The position numbers and the translations under genes are program-made. The notes under the pieces are model-generated. The model was not told where the DNA came from and searched no databases. It saw only the letters and a list, made by a program, of their open reading frames with translations. From Candidatus Saccharimonadota bacterium (GTDB lineage Bacteria; Patescibacteriota; Saccharimonadia; CAILAD01; GCA-016700035): a stretch of 64,000 nt of DNA. This document shows, piece by piece, positions 12,088 through 21,964 of the stretch (its first letter is position 1; each line of letters starts with the position of its first letter). The DNA is taken from positions 19,379-83,378 of the forward strand of contig JAXLZV010000002.1 of assembly GCA_046350755.1 (NCBI GenBank). The letters run 5' to 3'.

Positions 12088-14283
12088 TGACAGATTAATC
12101 TGTGAGGTACTCGCGGCAGAAGCACTCAGGCTAGCTGGGCCGGTTGGAGCAGTCGTGTCGGGCGGAGGTGTGACGGTAGTAGTTGGTGTGATGGTGGTGG
12201 TTGGCGTAGGAGTAACGTCAGAAAGCGCTCCGTACACTTGCGTACCAGCTGGAATGTACTGGTTAATCACAGCGTTCGTACCTGTATAGGCAGGTATGAC
12301 ATATGCCTGTGAATTAGCCGTCGCGAGCGCGCTGGTAGCCGTTCCATCGGTATTGAGCCAGTTATTCCCTGACTTACCTTTCGCATCTAAGCCAGGAATG
12401 AGCACAGGAGAGCCAGCCAGAGCCGCCGTCCATGAAGCGACATCAGTGTAGTCCCTGATCCCATCACGGATGATGCGCGTCGTACCATTTGCATACACGT
12501 TACCATCTATGACTGTCTGTGGAAGATTGCGGGTTGCATCGGCTTTATGAATAACCTGGTCGAGCGTGGTTGTCGCACCAGACGAATGCTTGAGTAGGAA
12601 GCATAGACCAACTGACGTCGTGGATCCACAGAGACTTCCACTACCAGTCCGTGGGTAGGCAATAATATTATTCACCATGACATCTATGCGCGGCATCCAG
12701 TCCATAGTATTACCGATCGATGAAGCAAACCGACCTTGGCGATCACCAGGCCATGTCTGCACATTTGATGGACAATTAGCCGCACTGGCAGCACAAGCAC
12801 CTGACCGACTATCGATATAGACACCTGTCGGATCATACCCGCCGACCAATGTATTGTTGACGACGCGCAAACCTGATGAGCCAGACATTTTGAGAGGCTG
12901 GCCTCCTGTAGCGGATATATAGTTATTCGCTAGCGTGAGGCCATCGGAGATCTCGAAGAAAACCCCGGCTCCAGTATTATCTTTAATGAGGTTCTTAACA
13001 ACTGCTACATTGATATTGCTTTGGTCAAACCACAGCCCATGCGAGTTATTGTTGGCGATAAAACTATTTAGTACTTTAGTACCGCGCGTTCGACTCGTCT
13101 TCAGCGCACCGCTGGCAGGTGATGATTTGAACTCCTCAAAAGGATCAGTGTTGGTGATTTTCACCGAATCCATGGTGAAGCTGTCAGTCTGGTTGGCGTT
13201 CACCGACTGCCAGCCAACATCATGGATGGTGATTTTTTTCAGGAGGTTATTATCGTTCAGACCGATATGTATAGCTTCAAATGGCATATCTGAGAGTTCG
13301 GTATTCACGACAGTCGTATTACTTGCAGTGCTTTCAATAGTAATCGCACCGTAGTCATTTGCATTGGCAGAATATCGATTGATCTTCAAGCCTTCGATAG
13401 TGACGCGAGCTGAAAAAATTTGGAACAATCGATCGCGATCGGCAGTGGTTGGATTACCAGGTCGAGAAGTTTCAATACCAGCTTTCGCGGCATCGTTCGC
13501 AGTCATATAGAGTCGATTCGTCGTTCGGTCGACATAAAACTGGCCGTCAACGAGCGTGGCCTTATTCAGCGTCTGCTTCAGAGCCGTCGTTCCTATCCAA
13601 GCCTGATCAGCATAGCGTCCCACGCCATCGCCGTTGAGGTTTGTCATGCTGTTCGAGCTAGTAAGGTCAGAAAATGTCACCCCACCACCATCCTGAAGCG
13701 GCCGTGGCACATAGGCGCGGTAACGATAATTGCCTTCGGCAACCCACTCGGAACTCGCCGAAGTTGGGGCCTCGATTGAACCACGGATTTCTGGAATCTG
13801 GCCAGGATATGCAACGATGCGTAAACCATCACGACCACTGCCACTAATCTGGATATTGGCTTGATTTCGATACATACCACCATACAGCACGATAGTGCTG
13901 TTGGCAGTCGTTGTCTGAGCTACGGCTCGCGCCAGCGTACAAGGATCAGCTGAGGTACAGGCCGAAGTCGTAGAGCCAGTTGGTGAAGCATAGCGAATCG
14001 TACCGGTGAGCGAGGATATATTGTAGGATATCGGCAAGGTCGCGCCAGCAGCATTCCCCGCCTTAACAGACTGCAGCGCAGTGTATTCAGTAGTGCCTGC
14101 TCGGCTTACGAAGAAAAAGATTGCGCCGGCAATAATTACTAAGCCCGCTATTAATAACAGTGTAGTTTTACTGAAGTTTGGCCATTTCGAAAGGAGTCCT
14201 TTCGGCTGCACCTTGGCAGTACGACTTCTCGTACTTGGCCGTGATTTGGCTTTGGAAGTGGGCTTTTTGGTTTGAGCCGGCAT
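11521..14283 (-). CDS. Secreted right-handed parallel beta-helix (pectate-lyase-fold) protein with 2 FN3 domains and the C-terminal tag 'GRCFLIWCWAE'
   Basis: The central region has repeated Asn-ladder beta-helix turns (NNTLVGG, VVNN, NNII). The N-terminus is MPAQTKKPTSKAKSR plus a transmembrane helix. The C-terminal 189 aa are identical to those of the 17652..20387 product. Confidence 0.55.
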   Translation of the reverse strand: MPAQTKKPTSKAKSRPSTRSRTAKVQPKGLLSKWPNFSKTTLLLIAGLVIIAGAIFFFVSRAGTTEYTALQSVKAGNAAGATLPISYNISSLTGTIRYASPTGSTTSACTSADPCTLARAVAQTTTANSTIVLYGGMYRNQANIQISGSGRDGLRIVAYPGQIPEIRGSIEAPTSASSEWVAEGNYRYRAYVPRPLQDGGGVTFSDLTSSNSMTNLNGDGVGRYADQAWIGTTALKQTLNKATLVDGQFYVDRTTNRLYMTANDAAKAGIETSRPGNPTTADRDRLFQIFSARVTIEGLKINRYSANANDYGAITIESTASNTTVVNTELSDMPFEAIHIGLNDNNLLKKITIHDVGWQSVNANQTDSFTMDSVKITNTDPFEEFKSSPASGALKTSRTRGTKVLNSFIANNNSHGLWFDQSNINVAVVKNLIKDNTGAGVFFEISDGLTLANNYISATGGQPLKMSGSSGLRVVNNTLVGGYDPTGVYIDSRSGACAASAANCPSNVQTWPGDRQGRFASSIGNTMDWMPRIDVMVNNIIAYPRTGSGSLCGSTTSVGLCFLLKHSSGATTTLDQVIHKADATRNLPQTVIDGNVYANGTTRIIRDGIRDYTDVASWTAALAGSPVLIPGLDAKGKSGNNWLNTDGTATSALATANSQAYVIPAYTGTNAVINQYIPAGTQVYGALSDVTPTPTTTITPTTTVTPPPDTTAPTGPASLSASAASTSQINLSWPAATDNVGVTSYVVTRNGTQIATGTSLSTNDTGLTAGTTYQYKVVARDAAGNTSTGATLSVTTLAPSPTPTTTTTITPPPPPPADTTAPSAPTNVKGNIVWDAFRFSYYTNLSWGSSTDNVGVTSYVVKRNGTTLGTPTKTNFQDYNIAANTYYTYDIQARDAAGNTSTATSARLVGRCFLIWCWAE

Positions 14284-14376
14284 GATCGATATCCTTTTTA
14301 TATTCGGAGAATTAATGAATCTACTTCAATTACTGTTAGCATAAGCACTATGTACTAAAGTGTCAACGTAGCTAAC

Positions 14377-16242
14377 CTATTCCGCCCAACACCAGATGAG
14401 GAAGCAACGACCAACCAGGCGGGCCGGCGACGAGCCAGAGCTGATATTCCCAGCCTTATCATAGGCAAATATTTCGTAGCTGTAGACTGTGTTGGCGACA
14501 ATATTCGAGTCTTTAAAGTTGGTAGTCGTAGCCGTACCGAGGTTAGTCCCATTACGGCGCACCAGATAGTCTCGTACCCCACTGCCAGAATCGGATGAAG
14601 CACTCCAGGAGAGCGAAACACCATAGCTCAAGCGGAGGGCATCATAAACGAGGCTGGCTTTGATATTCGTTGGAGCAGTCGGCGGAGTAGTGTCAGCCGA
14701 ACTGACTTGCAGTTTCGTAAAACTCACCGTCTTTGTTATCGTCTGAGCATTTCCGTAGCTGAGTACAACCTTGAGTGTGTGAGGCCCGGCTGCCAAGTTA
14801 GCGATCGAATAATCTAAGCAGGTAATGTCTCCACCACCAATACAATACTTCGCCACGGTCTCTTTCTTGGCTAGCTGATCATCGATATAAAAATCAACCT
14901 GCTGGAAGTTAGCTGCATTTGCTACCTGAGCTTCAACATTGATCGAGCTGGTAACCGATGCCCCAGCCGCTAGGCCAACGATGTCGAGCGTTGCGGTTGG
15001 TAACGGCGTGATGGTAGTCGTTGGGGTGATAGTCGTGGTTGGGGTGATGGTAGTCGTGGGCGTAATGGTAGTCGTTGGCGCTGTCGTAGGAGTACCGAGA
15101 TCAGCGATGCGTTGAACCTTACCGATTGCCGTGCCAGACTTCAAGATAGACTGGAACGCCAGTAGGTTATCATCGCGTAATGAGGCGTAGTAAGGGCTAG
15201 TAGGGTCTGGCCTTGATTCGTCCGCATCAAAGTAGCTATAGGCAACTGCGTCTTTCTTGTTGAGGAAGCCCCATTCCCAAACTTTCTGGAAGTATTGGGT
15301 AAAGCGAAGTGGTCCGGTGCGCTCTTCGCTTAAGCTCCACTCACCAACTCCCCATGGCATCTTTTTTGCCTCTAAATAATTGATCGTGTCATATCGTGCT
15401 TGGGTTTCAAAAGTGTTACCACCTTTATCAACACAGTCGCGCTGACAGTAGTTACTAAACATAACTACGTCCCAGATACCATCCACCCACCAATCGGCTG
15501 GATTGCGTTTACCAGCACTGATGGCGCTTTTAGAGAAGGTGTAATCCATAAAGTGCGGCATAAATGCAATATTCTTCGTGCCTTTGCCAGCATTAGCGGC
15601 ATTCATGCGAGCACGGAAGCGTGACTGCATCGCCCGATAAGAACTAGCTGTCCGAGTCACCCCGTCGGTATCATTTTCCGGCTCATGTTGCATGGTTACC
15701 CAAACTGGCTTTCCGAGCGCATCAAGTCCAGCTATCAACTTATCAAGCTGAGCGTCATACTTGCCGCTCCCAATTCCGCTCCAATCCGATGCTGCTTTAA
15801 AGGTGACATAAGGTAGGCGCCCAGCGTCATGACCAGACTTAGCCTTACTGACAATGCCACCACCATCAATATCACCCCACTGGTGATAAGTATGATACAG
15901 GGAAATAGGCTTACCCGTAGGCACTTCGTGGCGCGCGCGCACATCTGAAGTCTTCGTGCCATCAGCCAGCAGCGCATTAACGTTAGCCCCCCAATAGGCC
16001 TTACCACTCACACGTGGATTCGGATCACCCGGGAAGCGCCGCTGAATCGTCGACCCATCAGCTAATTGGTAAGTTGTCGGCGTCGCCGCCTGTGACAACA
16101 ACACGTAGAGGCCACCGGCCAAAATCAGTACACCGGCAATAATTGCTAGCAGTCCATAGTTGAGCTTAGACTTTGTGGCCAGACTTTTCTTGCTTACGCG
16201 AGCGTTTGGTTTTTTCTTGGAGGTTTTTGATTTTGTGGCCAT
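14377..16242 (-). CDS. Secreted clan GH-A glycoside hydrolase (GH26-like mannanase/glucanase candidate) with a (TPTTTI)x4 linker, an Ig-like domain, FN3 and the C-terminal tag 'GRCFLIWCWAE'
   Basis: 'VTMQHEPEND' (HE[PM]N acid/base-like) and 'WGVGEWSLSE' (nucleophile-like) were read from the translation. The perfect TPTTTI repeats are encoded around 15000-15070. An AGGAG Shine-Dalgarno sequence lies 5 nt upstream. Confidence 0.45.
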   Translation of the reverse strand: MATKSKTSKKKPNARVSKKSLATKSKLNYGLLAIIAGVLILAGGLYVLLSQAATPTTYQLADGSTIQRRFPGDPNPRVSGKAYWGANVNALLADGTKTSDVRARHEVPTGKPISLYHTYHQWGDIDGGGIVSKAKSGHDAGRLPYVTFKAASDWSGIGSGKYDAQLDKLIAGLDALGKPVWVTMQHEPENDTDGVTRTASSYRAMQSRFRARMNAANAGKGTKNIAFMPHFMDYTFSKSAISAGKRNPADWWVDGIWDVVMFSNYCQRDCVDKGGNTFETQARYDTINYLEAKKMPWGVGEWSLSEERTGPLRFTQYFQKVWEWGFLNKKDAVAYSYFDADESRPDPTSPYYASLRDDNLLAFQSILKSGTAIGKVQRIADLGTPTTAPTTTITPTTTITPTTTITPTTTITPLPTATLDIVGLAAGASVTSSINVEAQVANAANFQQVDFYIDDQLAKKETVAKYCIGGGDITCLDYSIANLAAGPHTLKVVLSYGNAQTITKTVSFTKLQVSSADTTPPTAPTNIKASLVYDALRLSYGVSLSWSASSDSGSGVRDYLVRRNGTNLGTATTTNFKDSNIVANTVYSYEIFAYDKAGNISSGSSPARLVGRCFLIWCWAE

Positions 16243-16272
16243 ATCGGCTCCTAATTATGCATGATTGTCTTG

Positions 16273-16301
16273 ATTGTAAACACTTATGCTTAACTGGTCA
16301 A
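16273..16301 (-). promoter_or_regulatory. Sigma70-type promoter (TTGACC-17 nt-TACAAT) for the 14377..16242 gene
   Basis: The -35 box is at 16296-16301 and the -10 box at 16273-16278 on the minus strand. The spacer contains the recurring 'TTAAGCATAAG' motif. Confidence 0.4.
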
Positions 16302-16307
16302 TTTTTT

Positions 16308-17600
16308 CTATGGGTACTGCAAGAGATTGATGTAAGTTGCCCAGGTATTCGACGAGTTGAGGTGTAAGTTCATATTGCCATCACTACAGCCTTCCCAATA
16401 TGTCCGAGCAATATTTCGTTGATTCAGGAGAGCGACATTCTGACTGATCCAAAGATCTCGGTTGTTAACATCACGGCCTATGCCATACTCACCAAGATAG
16501 AGAGGTAATCCAGAAACTTGCGACCAACCAACCATCTTGTCATAGTGGCGGGCCATTTCAGCGTAAGAAGTAGTGCTCGATAGATAATCGGCGCTACCAC
16601 TCGAGAGCGAGTTGCCAGCTCCACCCCAACCGCTTGCGCTATAACCATCGTCGTCGCCTCCAGCAAAGTAGCTATGATGCGACAAGACTAAGTTGTATTT
16701 GTTCTGGAGAATATTCCAATCCACTCCATCCCAGCTAGAATCACCGGTGATCGGCTCAATCATAAGAATTTTTTCGGCATCCACCGATCGCACAGCGTTA
16801 ATCAGTGTGTTATACATCGTTAAGTTACTGTTTTGATCAAAGGGCAGTGGATTGACGTGTGGTTCATTGACGAGGTCAATTGCGATTACCTTGGGATCGT
16901 TTTTATACCGGGCTGCAATCGTTTTGAGATAAAACGAACCATTATTCTGAATCTTCTGAATTGCGTTTTGACCCGATACCCAATTCGGCAGATTACCGCT
17001 TACCGTCTTGAGATGTATTGGGTCCAGGATAACGTAGAGACCATTATTCTTGGCTGCCGCGATCGTGTCATCTAGACGCTGCAGAGCGGTCGTACTGATC
17101 GTTCCCTGTGTCGGCTCGAACGATGGCCAATCCATCGCCAGACGGACAGCATTAAGCCCACGTGCCTTCCAGCCCGCCCAGTTATTGATATCCCCTCCGC
17201 ACAATGAGGCTGGCGAATAACTACCAACATTGCGCTGATTGACACCGTTGATTTTCACCGGGGTGCCATCCTGCTTAACAAACGGATAATTGGCGCTGGT
17301 TTTTAGCACTTCATTGTTCGTACTTACCGCGGGTGCCATAAACTCAACATAGTTGCCATCGGCTGCCGTAGCGTCAGGCTTGACGGCGACTGTACCCCCA
17401 GAGGCTGGCCAAGTCTCTGGCTCAGTGTTCTTTAGGGCTGCTGCCCGTACGAAGAAGATAATGGCTGCGCCCAAGATAGTCACCATCGCTACCACTGCAA
17501 GCAACTGACCTCGACTCAGCTTGGGTTTACTGATCAAACCTTTCTTGGCGACTCGAGAGGTGGTTAATTGCTTCTTAGGGGTTTTGGTTTTTGTGGGCAT
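16308..17600 (-). CDS. Secreted GH5-family glycoside hydrolase, N-module type paralog (no C-terminal tag)
   Basis: GH5 signatures are present: 'AIDLVNEPH' (NEP) and 'LYLGEYGIG'. The N-terminus is MPTKTKTPKKQLTTSRVAKK plus a transmembrane helix plus the 'ETWPASGG...YVEFMAP' module. Confidence 0.7.
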   Translation of the reverse strand: MPTKTKTPKKQLTTSRVAKKGLISKPKLSRGQLLAVVAMVTILGAAIIFFVRAAALKNTEPETWPASGGTVAVKPDATAADGNYVEFMAPAVSTNNEVLKTSANYPFVKQDGTPVKINGVNQRNVGSYSPASLCGGDINNWAGWKARGLNAVRLAMDWPSFEPTQGTISTTALQRLDDTIAAAKNNGLYVILDPIHLKTVSGNLPNWVSGQNAIQKIQNNGSFYLKTIAARYKNDPKVIAIDLVNEPHVNPLPFDQNSNLTMYNTLINAVRSVDAEKILMIEPITGDSSWDGVDWNILQNKYNLVLSHHSYFAGGDDDGYSASGWGGAGNSLSSGSADYLSSTTSYAEMARHYDKMVGWSQVSGLPLYLGEYGIGRDVNNRDLWISQNVALLNQRNIARTYWEGCSDGNMNLHLNSSNTWATYINLLQYP

Positions 17601-17651
17601 ATCGAATCCTAGTTAACTGCTTAGCAGTATGAGCAGAGGCGTCAATCTTCC

Positions 17652-18218
17652 CTACTCCGCCCAACACCAGATGAGGAAGCAACGACCAACCAGGCGGGCT
17701 GAGGTGGCAGTGCTGGTGTTACCGGCCGCATCACGGGCTTGGATGTCGTAGGTGTAATAGGTATTGGCAGCAATGTTGTAGTCTTGGAAGTTGGTCTTCG
17801 TAGGAGTACCAAGGGTAGTACCATTGCGTTTGACGACGTAACTGGTCACGCCCACGTTGTCGGTACTAGATCCCCAGCTCAGATTAGTGTAGTAGCTGAA
17901 GCGGAAGGCATCCCAGACGATATTGCCTTTGACGTTGGTGGGAGCTGATGGAGCTGTCGTGTCAGCTGGTGGCGGTGGAGGTGGGGTGATGGTCGTCGTA
18001 GTCGTTGGGGTTGGTGATGGAGCTAGAGTGGTGACGGACAGGGTGGCACCGGTGCTGGTGTTACCAGCGGCGTCACGAGCGACCACTTTGTACTGGTAGG
18101 TAGTACCAGCCGTCAGACCAGTGTCATTGGTAGAGAGACTAGTACCAGTAGCGATTTGAGTACCATTACGGGTTACGACGTAGCTGGTGACACCGACGTT
18201 GTCAGTAGCAGCAGGCCA
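17652..18218. repeat. Second copy of the 567 bp identical 3' module (see 11521..12087)
   Basis: As above. Confidence 0.85.
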
Positions 18219-20387
18219 GTTCAGGATGAGGCTCGTTTGGCTCACCGATGAAGCAGCGATACTAGCCGGACCCACGGGAGCGGTGGTGTCAGCGGGTGGT
18301 GGAGGGGGTGTAACGGTGGTGGTTGGGGGTGGAGTAGTAGTCGTGGTGGTGGGGGCAGTCGTCGGGTAGATAGCGCCACGGACAGGCACAGTCCCGGCGG
18401 GTAGGCCGAGGGCGGCGGCGACGTCAGCTGGCAGGGCTTTTCCTTTTTGAGTAGCGGCCAGGGCATCAGTTTTGAGGCGGAAATCCTGACCCGCCCTATC
18501 AACAAACGGGCTATTAGCCTCAACGCTAAAACTATTCATTTCAAACTTGTTGTTGGTCAAACGCTGCATATCGGCCACGGATTTATAGCCATCAGTTGTA
18601 CCGTAATAGTACAGGTTTTGACTCGTATTTAAGCGATAGTAGGCGTTGTAATCGAAGGCCGTAAAGAACTGATCAGCTGTCGTATTTAATGCACCTGAAC
18701 CGTTAACGGCAAGAACTAGTCTAGCCCCGTTCTGCGTATCCGGTGCAACGACAAGGTTATTTACAAGCTCGACGCCGGCAGTACTTGGCCCATTATCGTG
18801 AGCTCCATCATACCAAGGCCAGACTGCGGTCGCACTGGGTGGTGTACGTATATCATCGTAGACATTAATCCCCTGTACGCGCGAGCCATACTTATCGACA
18901 ACAGTGTTGTTATAGACCTTCACATTGGCTGAAGCCACCGTGATGCCATCATCATCGTTATTGTAGACAAGATTGTTCGCGATAATACCCTTATTGCCAA
19001 CTTCGTAAAAAATACCAGGCCCACCGTTATTACGCACCACATTATTCACGGTTACCATGTCTGAGCAGTTTTGATCACACCACATACCTGGTGCCCGAGA
19101 GAATTGATTCTCAAAGACATTGTTCTTCACCGTAAACCCAACCATGTGCGCCATCTTAATTCCTGAAGGCCCACAGGCACGATTACAGTACAAGCCGCCA
19201 CGTTCCCAGTTATTACTATTAAAGATGTTGCCTTCAACCACGATATCATTACGTGCTCCTGGAGTTTTAGAAGCTCCATTTGCACCCATCCCCGTCCCAC
19301 CGTTAAAGGCCACTACAGAACTACGCAGAATGGTACCTGGTTTAGGGTTACTATAAACAAACCCACCGGTCGCATTTTCAGTGAAGACTGTGTTTTCTAT
19401 TAACGCCTTACGAGCGAAGTAGACCGCGCCGCCAGTAGTTGTGCTTTCACCACCATTCGTGGCATAGCGCTTGAAGCCAATTCCCTTGATCTGATGACTG
19501 TCCGTATCGGCACCGGCTAGAATGAAAGCAGCTGGTCGAGCGCTGAGCTCAACTTTCTTTCCATTAGGATCAGTGCCAATATACATCCGTCGTGCCGTCC
19601 AGTCGTAATAGAACTTCCCTGCCGTAGCTTGTGCCAGACTGGCAACTTCCTGCTGTCGCACGTCATTAATAAAAGCCTGTTGGGGGTTGCCAGCCATTGG
19701 ATATGCCGGATCGTTCGCAGCATCTTCATACATGCACTTCGTCTCTTTGATATTTGGGTCGGTCGTGCCATCAGCTCGCCTTTGAGGTGTGTACGGTGCA
19801 ATCGAATAATTGTAATAACTATTGCCACAGAAACTCGGTGTCTCCCAGGTTCGATACCAGTGGCCTGCTCCATCGCTCGTCCAACCGTCGCTAACAATAT
19901 CAGCACCGTTAAACCAAGGTGATTCGCCTGGATATGCTTGAATGGTAATGCTTTTATTTATTGCACCTTCAACATTGGGTGTCGTTGAGTACCAATCACG
20001 ATAGTCACCCCCTCGCATTACGATAGTCCCCCCAGAAGCCGTCTTAGACACTGCAGAGTTAATCGTTTTCACTGGTGTATTCAGCGACTTGCCATCATTT
20101 GCATCATTCCCGGTCGGTGACATATACGTCGCGCCCGCTGGAATCGCATAGTTCGTCTTTGGGATAGTTTTACCAGAGTTATCAAGTGCCGCCGTCGCTT
20201 GACCAGCCGTTGTGTAGTCGGCCGGCGTCGCCGCTCGTGTCAGTAAGACATAAAGTCCACCGACTAGGATAAGTACTCCAGCAATAATCGCCAGCAGTCC
20301 ATAGTTGAGCTTAGACTTTGTGACGAGACTCTTCTTGGCGACTCGGGCAGTTGGTTTTTTCTTGGAGGTTTTTGATTTTGTGGCCAT
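17652..20387 (-). CDS. Secreted right-handed beta-helix (pectate-lyase-fold) protein with 2 FN3 domains and the C-terminal tag 'GRCFLIWCWAE'
   Basis: The region has PbH1-type repeats ('VVRNNGGPGIFYEVGNKGIIANNLVYNNDDDGITVASANVKVYNNTVV'). The N-terminus is MATKSKTSKKKPTARVAKK plus a transmembrane helix. The C-terminal 567 nt are identical to 11521..12087. Confidence 0.55.
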   Translation of the reverse strand: MATKSKTSKKKPTARVAKKSLVTKSKLNYGLLAIIAGVLILVGGLYVLLTRAATPADYTTAGQATAALDNSGKTIPKTNYAIPAGATYMSPTGNDANDGKSLNTPVKTINSAVSKTASGGTIVMRGGDYRDWYSTTPNVEGAINKSITIQAYPGESPWFNGADIVSDGWTSDGAGHWYRTWETPSFCGNSYYNYSIAPYTPQRRADGTTDPNIKETKCMYEDAANDPAYPMAGNPQQAFINDVRQQEVASLAQATAGKFYYDWTARRMYIGTDPNGKKVELSARPAAFILAGADTDSHQIKGIGFKRYATNGGESTTTGGAVYFARKALIENTVFTENATGGFVYSNPKPGTILRSSVVAFNGGTGMGANGASKTPGARNDIVVEGNIFNSNNWERGGLYCNRACGPSGIKMAHMVGFTVKNNVFENQFSRAPGMWCDQNCSDMVTVNNVVRNNGGPGIFYEVGNKGIIANNLVYNNDDDGITVASANVKVYNNTVVDKYGSRVQGINVYDDIRTPPSATAVWPWYDGAHDNGPSTAGVELVNNLVVAPDTQNGARLVLAVNGSGALNTTADQFFTAFDYNAYYRLNTSQNLYYYGTTDGYKSVADMQRLTNNKFEMNSFSVEANSPFVDRAGQDFRLKTDALAATQKGKALPADVAAALGLPAGTVPVRGAIYPTTAPTTTTTTPPPTTTVTPPPPPADTTAPVGPASIAASSVSQTSLILNWPAATDNVGVTSYVVTRNGTQIATGTSLSTNDTGLTAGTTYQYKVVARDAAGNTSTGATLSVTTLAPSPTPTTTTTITPPPPPPADTTAPSAPTNVKGNIVWDAFRFSYYTNLSWGSSTDNVGVTSYVVKRNGTTLGTPTKTNFQDYNIAANTYYTYDIQARDAAGNTSTATSARLVGRCFLIWCWAE

Positions 20388-20414
20388 ATGATAATTCCTA
20401 AATATTTTGAGGCT

Positions 20415-20443
20415 ATAGTATTCCTGTTATGCTTACTAGTCAA
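20415..20443 (-). promoter_or_regulatory. Sigma70-type promoter (TTGACT-17 nt-TACTAT) for the 17652..20387 gene
   Basis: The -35 box is at 20438-20443 and the -10 box at 20415-20420 on the minus strand. The spacer again contains 'AGTAAGCATAAC'. Confidence 0.4.
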
Positions 20444-20452
20444 TAGAACTGC

Positions 20453-21964
20453 TCACAGCAGCCAACACCAAATCAGGAAACATTGACCCTGTACGCTCAG
20501 CTTGGTTGGAGTCGAGACATTCCCCGCCGTATCACGGGCTCTGAGCTCATAATTGTAGGTTGTACCCGCATCGACCGCTGTATCCACAAAGCTCGTTGTA
20601 GTAACGGGCCCGACCACCGTCGAGTTGCGAGTGACAAGATAATCCTTGATGCCGACATTGTCAGACGACTTCAGCCAGGTGAGCTGCAGATTATAGCGAC
20701 CGCGCGTCCAATCGAAGACGAGTGACGGTCGGAGATTGGTGGGCTGAGTCGGCGGTGCTTGATCGAGGCTATTTGGTGCCGGAGAGACAATTGGGTTTGG
20801 CGAAGTCGTCGGGGTTGGCGTTGGTAAGATGGTCGTCGTTGGTACAGGCGAAGGCGTGCCTGAAACCACTGGACTGGTCGTTGTAGTCGGCGTGACGCTC
20901 GTCGTCGGAGTAGCGACAGGGCTCGCCCCCCAAGCATAGGCTTTGGTACCATCTTTCTTCCACTGCGGCTCAATCACTTTGACCTTATCCCACGGTATCG
21001 ACTTGTAAGGGAAGTAATCTGCCGTAGAGGCACCGGCTTTCTGATAGACATTGCGGCCGGTGCGATCAAACTCGACACCTATACCAAATATTCCACCCGT
21101 GTCATCTGCATAAGCGCCGTACTTCTGAAGCGCCCGGGCGACGATTTTCTCGAGCTGAGTTATGCCGGGAATGGCATCAACATTAATGCTCGGATCTAAC
21201 TGAATCCGCGACCCAATTGGTATGCAAGTAGTCTGGTCGGCTGTGGTGCCATCACTGTGGAGCGCCGGATAGTACGGCTCACCCTTACAGGTAGTACTGG
21301 TTGAGAATGTAAGCGCGTGATCTATCACCCCCTGCTCGATCTCATATGTCCGAACAATCCCTCCCGCTAATCCGGCTACGTTTGTTCCGCCACCAACACC
21401 ATTTCCATCGATGCTAGCAACCCCGGCTGAACCTGGACACCACTGGGCGCCGATCCAATTCCAGGTTAGAGTGCAATCTTTCCAGATCCAGTAGCTATAA
21501 ATTTTCCGAGTGCTGGTATCGATAATGGTTACATGTCCATCGCCACCCCGCTGCTTAAAGACACCCGATGGCACAGGCACTGGCGTCTTACTGATTTCGT
21601 CACAGGTGTACACATAGCACCAGACAACAGCCTTAGGGGTATTCGCATCAGCGTGGAATACTGGTACCGACCATTCAAGTAAGGAGCTCGCGGCTGGTAA
21701 GCCAGCCGCTTTGAGGCGGGTTTGACCGTCAGGTAAATAACGCACATCACCTGGAATCGCCTGATTGAGCGGACTATCATCAGAAAACAGCCGGCCGCTC
21801 GGCGTATTAGTCGATGCATTATAGGCATAGCGCCCAATGGCCGCTCGCGAATACAGCACATAAATACCCCCCAACACAAATAAAAGCACCGTCAGGATCA
21901 ATAGCTCCTTGCGAAATTGGGGCGACTTATGTGCTTTCTTCTGAGAAGTGACAGCTTTTACCAT
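20453..21964 (-). CDS. Secreted protein with a catalytic-size domain of unknown family, a Thr/Pro linker, FN3 and the C-terminal tag 'GQCFLIWCWLL'
   Basis: The start is moved to the ATG at 21964 (MVKAVTSQKKAHKSPQFRK plus a transmembrane helix). The ORF-track start at 22195 would overlap the divergent uppS gene. The central region ('GNGVGGGTNVAGLAGGIVRTYEIEQGVIDHAL') resembles the corresponding region of the 22885..24852 product. Confidence 0.5.
   Translation of the reverse strand: MVKAVTSQKKAHKSPQFRKELLILTVLLFVLGGIYVLYSRAAIGRYAYNASTNTPSGRLFSDDSPLNQAIPGDVRYLPDGQTRLKAAGLPAASSLLEWSVPVFHADANTPKAVVWCYVYTCDEISKTPVPVPSGVFKQRGGDGHVTIIDTSTRKIYSYWIWKDCTLTWNWIGAQWCPGSAGVASIDGNGVGGGTNVAGLAGGIVRTYEIEQGVIDHALTFSTSTTCKGEPYYPALHSDGTTADQTTCIPIGSRIQLDPSINVDAIPGITQLEKIVARALQKYGAYADDTGGIFGIGVEFDRTGRNVYQKAGASTADYFPYKSIPWDKVKVIEPQWKKDGTKAYAWGASPVATPTTSVTPTTTTSPVVSGTPSPVPTTTILPTPTPTTSPNPIVSPAPNSLDQAPPTQPTNLRPSLVFDWTRGRYNLQLTWLKSSDNVGIKDYLVTRNSTVVGPVTTTSFVDTAVDAGTTYNYELRARDTAGNVSTPTKLSVQGQCFLIWCWLL

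Noticed and set aside
9656-17824. Small minus-strand ORFs with near-identical products 'MVLPLVLLRRPTSKTTTLLPIPITPTTSKPVMRPVTPALPPQPAWLVVASSSGVG...' (9656..9847, 11499..11693, 14355..14624, 17642..17824)
   Set aside because: They are the +1 frame of the conserved FN3 plus CFLIWCW-tag coding region and its 3' flank (AWLVVASSSGVG is the frameshifted reading of GRCFLIWCWAE). They recur only because the underlying module is repeated. They lack an independent Shine-Dalgarno sequence or start context.
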